A stretch of DNA of 64,000 nucleotides, taken from the NCBI GenBank assembly GCA_043822705.1, contig JBDRBK010000070.1:1-64000 (forward strand). The letters run 5' to 3'. The notes under the pieces are model-generated. The model was not told the DNA's origin. It saw only the letters and a program-made list of their open reading frames with translations, and searched no databases. The position numbers and the translations under genes are program-made. Positions 61,251 to 64,000 of this stretch are shown here, piece by piece. Numbering within the stretch: position 1 is the first letter of the stretch; each line of letters begins with the position of its first letter. The stretch comes from Fidelibacterota bacterium (GTDB taxonomy: Bacteria; Fidelibacterota; Marinisomatia; Marinisomatales; TCS56).

Positions 61251-63899
61251 ATGAATATCAAGGAAATTTTAGTACTGCACCACAGCCACCTGGACGTCGG
61301 GTACACCCACAGCGCCACGATCCTCTGGGAACTCCAACGGGAATTCATCAATCAGGCACTGGAGCTGCTGGACCAGACCGCCGACTGGCCGCCCGAATCG
61401 CAGCCCCGTTGGACCTGTGAAGTAACGTCACAGGTCGCGCACTGGCTGAAAAGCGCCGACACCAGACAAATCGATAAATTCAGTAATTACCTGCACCAGC
61501 AGCGGATCGGGATTTCCGCTTTGCAGTTCAATACCACCCCTTTATGCAATTCCGAACAACTGATCCGCCAACTGGCGCTGACACAGCAGTTCCGGGATCA
61601 ACTGGGAGCAACGATCAATACGGTCAATCAGCACGACGTGAACGGTATCGCCTGGCCGGCCTCCGATCTGTTGCTCGATAGCGGCATCGAATTGCTGATC
61701 ATGGCCGTCAATCCTCATTTTGGCGGAACGATTTTGAAGCGTCCCAATGTTTTTCGCTGGCTGACACCTTCTAACCGCGAGTTGCTGGTGATGAACGGAA
61801 CGCACTATACCATGTTCGACCAACTGTTGAACACCCATGAAAACAGTCTCGCTGCCATGGACCGGGGACTGGAAAAATACCTCAAACACCTGGAACGACG
61901 CAGTTATCCGTACGATTTCATTTATCTGACCGCTGCCCATGCCCCCGTCAGCTATGATAATTCATCGCCCAATCCCGATTCGGCCCGGTTGATCCGCCAG
62001 TGGAATGAGTCCGGGCGGGAAGTGGCCATTCGTTATATTACACCGGGGATGCTGGCAGAAAAGATCAAGCTGATTCCAACCGCGCATCTGGAATCGTATC
62101 GCGGCGATTGGACCGACTACTGGAATTTCGGTTCCGCCAGCACGGCGGTGGAGACGGCCCTGAATCAGGGTACCAAGCCGCGGCTGTACAGCGCCGATAT
62201 GATCCGCAGTACGCAAGACCGGACGAACGCGCACACCACTGCGATCCTGGAAAAAGCCTGGTGGAATGTCAATTGTTTCGATGAACATACCTGGGGTGCT
62301 TTTAACTCGCTGGACACGCATCACCCGCAGGTGCGCACCCAGGCTTACCTGAAGGATATTCTGGCGCATACGGGCCGGGAACAGGCCGAATATGCGCTGA
62401 TAGACGCGCTGGAATTGCTGGCCCGCAATCCAGCCGGATCATACACTCAGGATGGTGTGCTGTTAGTGAATACCAGTCCGGCTCGGCGCGATTGTTATGC
62501 AGCGGTGCCGGAATGGTGGCGGCAGGAGGGAAAACGGCACCGGACGCCGCGTTTTACCTATCAGAACCGTTACGATCAGTTGCAGGATTCGCCTTTGTGC
62601 GGTCCGTTGGAGATGCCGCCTTTCAGTTGGAAATTCGTTGATTTCAAGGAATTGCCTGTTGCTGCCCCCGATGACAGTTTGAGTCACAGCGAGTGCGAAC
62701 TGCCGCCGGTTGCACCCGGGGTCGAACCGGCCAATCACAAATATTCCCGCCGATTGAACAATACGGTCGAGTCACGCTACTACCGACTGACCTACGATCC
62801 CCGAACCGGCCGGATTACCGGTCTGTTCGATAAAACCAACCATCGGGAAATACTCGATACATCCGGTCCGTGGACTTTTTTCCAGCTTGTTCGCGAGGCG
62901 CCCGATCCCCTGGTGGACGGCGATCGCAAGGCGTTGTATACCCGCGACCAGAAGAAAGAAAATTTTGAAATATCCTGTTGGAATAACGACTGGGTGGCCA
63001 AGCGCGAAGGGCTGACGGAATATCTCGGTTTCGAAATTATCGAGCAGGTGTCGGGTCTGACGCTGGTACTGCGTTTCCGGGGCGCCGGCCTGCGGAAACT
63101 GGAACAGCGCCTAACTCTTTCGGCGCTGAATCCGATCATTGAACTCGAAGCGGCACTGGAACTTGAAAATACCGAGACACCGGAAGCCCATTATTTTGTC
63201 TTTCCGTTGAAAATGGCCAAAGACTGGGAAAGTCACTTTGACACCGCCGGTCTGCCGGTGGAACTGGACCGGGAACAATTGCCGGGGGCCTGCCGGGGTT
63301 GGGTAACCGTCGAATCATATGCCGCGGTTCACAATCGAGATTACTGTGCCACTATATTCTGTCCCGATGCGCCGCTGGTTCAGATCGGCGGTTTCAATTT
63401 CGGTCACCGGAACGACAGGATCCGCCGAAGTAAAAATCCGCTGCTGCTGGCCTGGCCGTTGAACAATTACTGGGATACTAATTTTCGGGCCAGTCAGCCC
63501 GGTTTCATTCGTTTGAAATATGGTTTCTCCACCAGTAACTGCTTCAATCCCTATGCCAGTTTCGTCGCCGGTCGCGCTTTTGCCACAACGGTGGAGGTGC
63601 ACCCGGCGATGCACGTACCGCAGGATCGTCACACCGGCCAATTTCTGACTATTGCCGGGAATAATTTGGCAATTCTGTATGGCAAACCGGCCACGGACGG
63701 ACGTGGCGTGATAATTCGGGTTGTAAATTTGTCATCGCAGGCCCAATCGGGAAAAATCGGCAGGGGGGAAGGAAAAATAAAAAGTGCCTGTCTGACCAGT
63801 CCGCTGGAAGTCGATCAAACCGAATTATCAGTCGACGATAACCAGACGACCCATGTATTTCAACCTTATCGGATCACCAGTATTCGCATCGTACGATGA
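61251..63899 (+). CDS. Cytoplasmic GH38-like glycoside hydrolase (alpha-mannosidase-like)
   Basis: HSHLDVGYT, HDVNG, YDN, GDWTDYW, FDEHTWG, NNYWDTNF; no signal peptide. Confidence 0.82.
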   Translation: MNIKEILVLHHSHLDVGYTHSATILWELQREFINQALELLDQTADWPPESQPRWTCEVTSQVAHWLKSADTRQIDKFSNYLHQQRIGISALQFNTTPLCNSEQLIRQLALTQQFRDQLGATINTVNQHDVNGIAWPASDLLLDSGIELLIMAVNPHFGGTILKRPNVFRWLTPSNRELLVMNGTHYTMFDQLLNTHENSLAAMDRGLEKYLKHLERRSYPYDFIYLTAAHAPVSYDNSSPNPDSARLIRQWNESGREVAIRYITPGMLAEKIKLIPTAHLESYRGDWTDYWNFGSASTAVETALNQGTKPRLYSADMIRSTQDRTNAHTTAILEKAWWNVNCFDEHTWGAFNSLDTHHPQVRTQAYLKDILAHTGREQAEYALIDALELLARNPAGSYTQDGVLLVNTSPARRDCYAAVPEWWRQEGKRHRTPRFTYQNRYDQLQDSPLCGPLEMPPFSWKFVDFKELPVAAPDDSLSHSECELPPVAPGVEPANHKYSRRLNNTVESRYYRLTYDPRTGRITGLFDKTNHREILDTSGPWTFFQLVREAPDPLVDGDRKALYTRDQKKENFEISCWNNDWVAKREGLTEYLGFEIIEQVSGLTLVLRFRGAGLRKLEQRLTLSALNPIIELEAALELENTETPEAHYFVFPLKMAKDWESHFDTAGLPVELDREQLPGACRGWVTVESYAAVHNRDYCATIFCPDAPLVQIGGFNFGHRNDRIRRSKNPLLLAWPLNNYWDTNFRASQPGFIRLKYGFSTSNCFNPYASFVAGRAFATTVEVHPAMHVPQDRHTGQFLTIAGNNLAILYGKPATDGRGVIIRVVNLSSQAQSGKIGRGEGKIKSACLTSPLEVDQTELSVDDNQTTHVFQPYRITSIRIVR

Positions 63900-63920
63900 T
63901 TCGTTGGGAGTCAAGCATAC

Positions 63921-64000
63921 ATGAACGGCCGTCAACGACTGAATAGCGCCCTGCGGGGCGGTCAACCGGACCGTGTACCGGTCTGGTGCCTGCTGAGCAT
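63921..64000 (+). CDS. Start of second URO-D/MtaA-family protein (3'-truncated by window edge)
   Basis: GGGAG RBS; translates MNGRQRLNSALRGGQPDRVPVWCLLS, the typical N-terminus of the family. Confidence 0.65.
   Translation, partial: MNGRQRLNSALRGGQPDRVPVWCLLS

Noticed and set aside
33454..64000. tRNA-integrated prophage or ICE
   Set aside because: No integrase, phage or conjugation genes, and no duplicated tRNA 3' end seen within the window

Overview
All supported genes in this window lie on the + strand. The genome is an FCB-superphylum bacterium (FCB-type insert in GlyA, PorV-family barrels, T9SS C-terminal sorting domains), probably outside Bacteroidota and Marinimicrobia/Calditrichota-like; that placement is an inference. 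1-33.4 kb is mostly core genome: mrdA (5'-truncated)-rodA, a CpoB-like TPR protein, a half glycogen synthase, envelope proteins, glyA, a TPAT/TRAP transporter, a PorV/T9SS-cargo/outer-membrane cluster, bamD-nadD, ftsEX, hrcA-grpE-dnaJ-comEA, rsmD-coaD, obgE and dprA. Three tRNAs (Ser-GCT, Cys-GCA, Leu-TAA) follow. Downstream is an accessory region. It opens with a cytidine-deaminase-family gene between two ~70-bp direct repeats. A >29-kb glycan-utilisation locus with no SusD comes next: HutC-type GntR regulator with operator and structured leader; TonB-dependent receptor + T9SS-tagged partner + dedicated PorV paralog; sugar ABC transporter; two GH38-like and two DUF4185/GH183-like enzymes; an unclassified six-hairpin glycosidase; an esterase; a ROK kinase; a mannose-6-phosphate-isomerase-like protein; and URO-D/MtaA-family genes at both ends. 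Family assignments come from motif recognition by eye, not from database searches.
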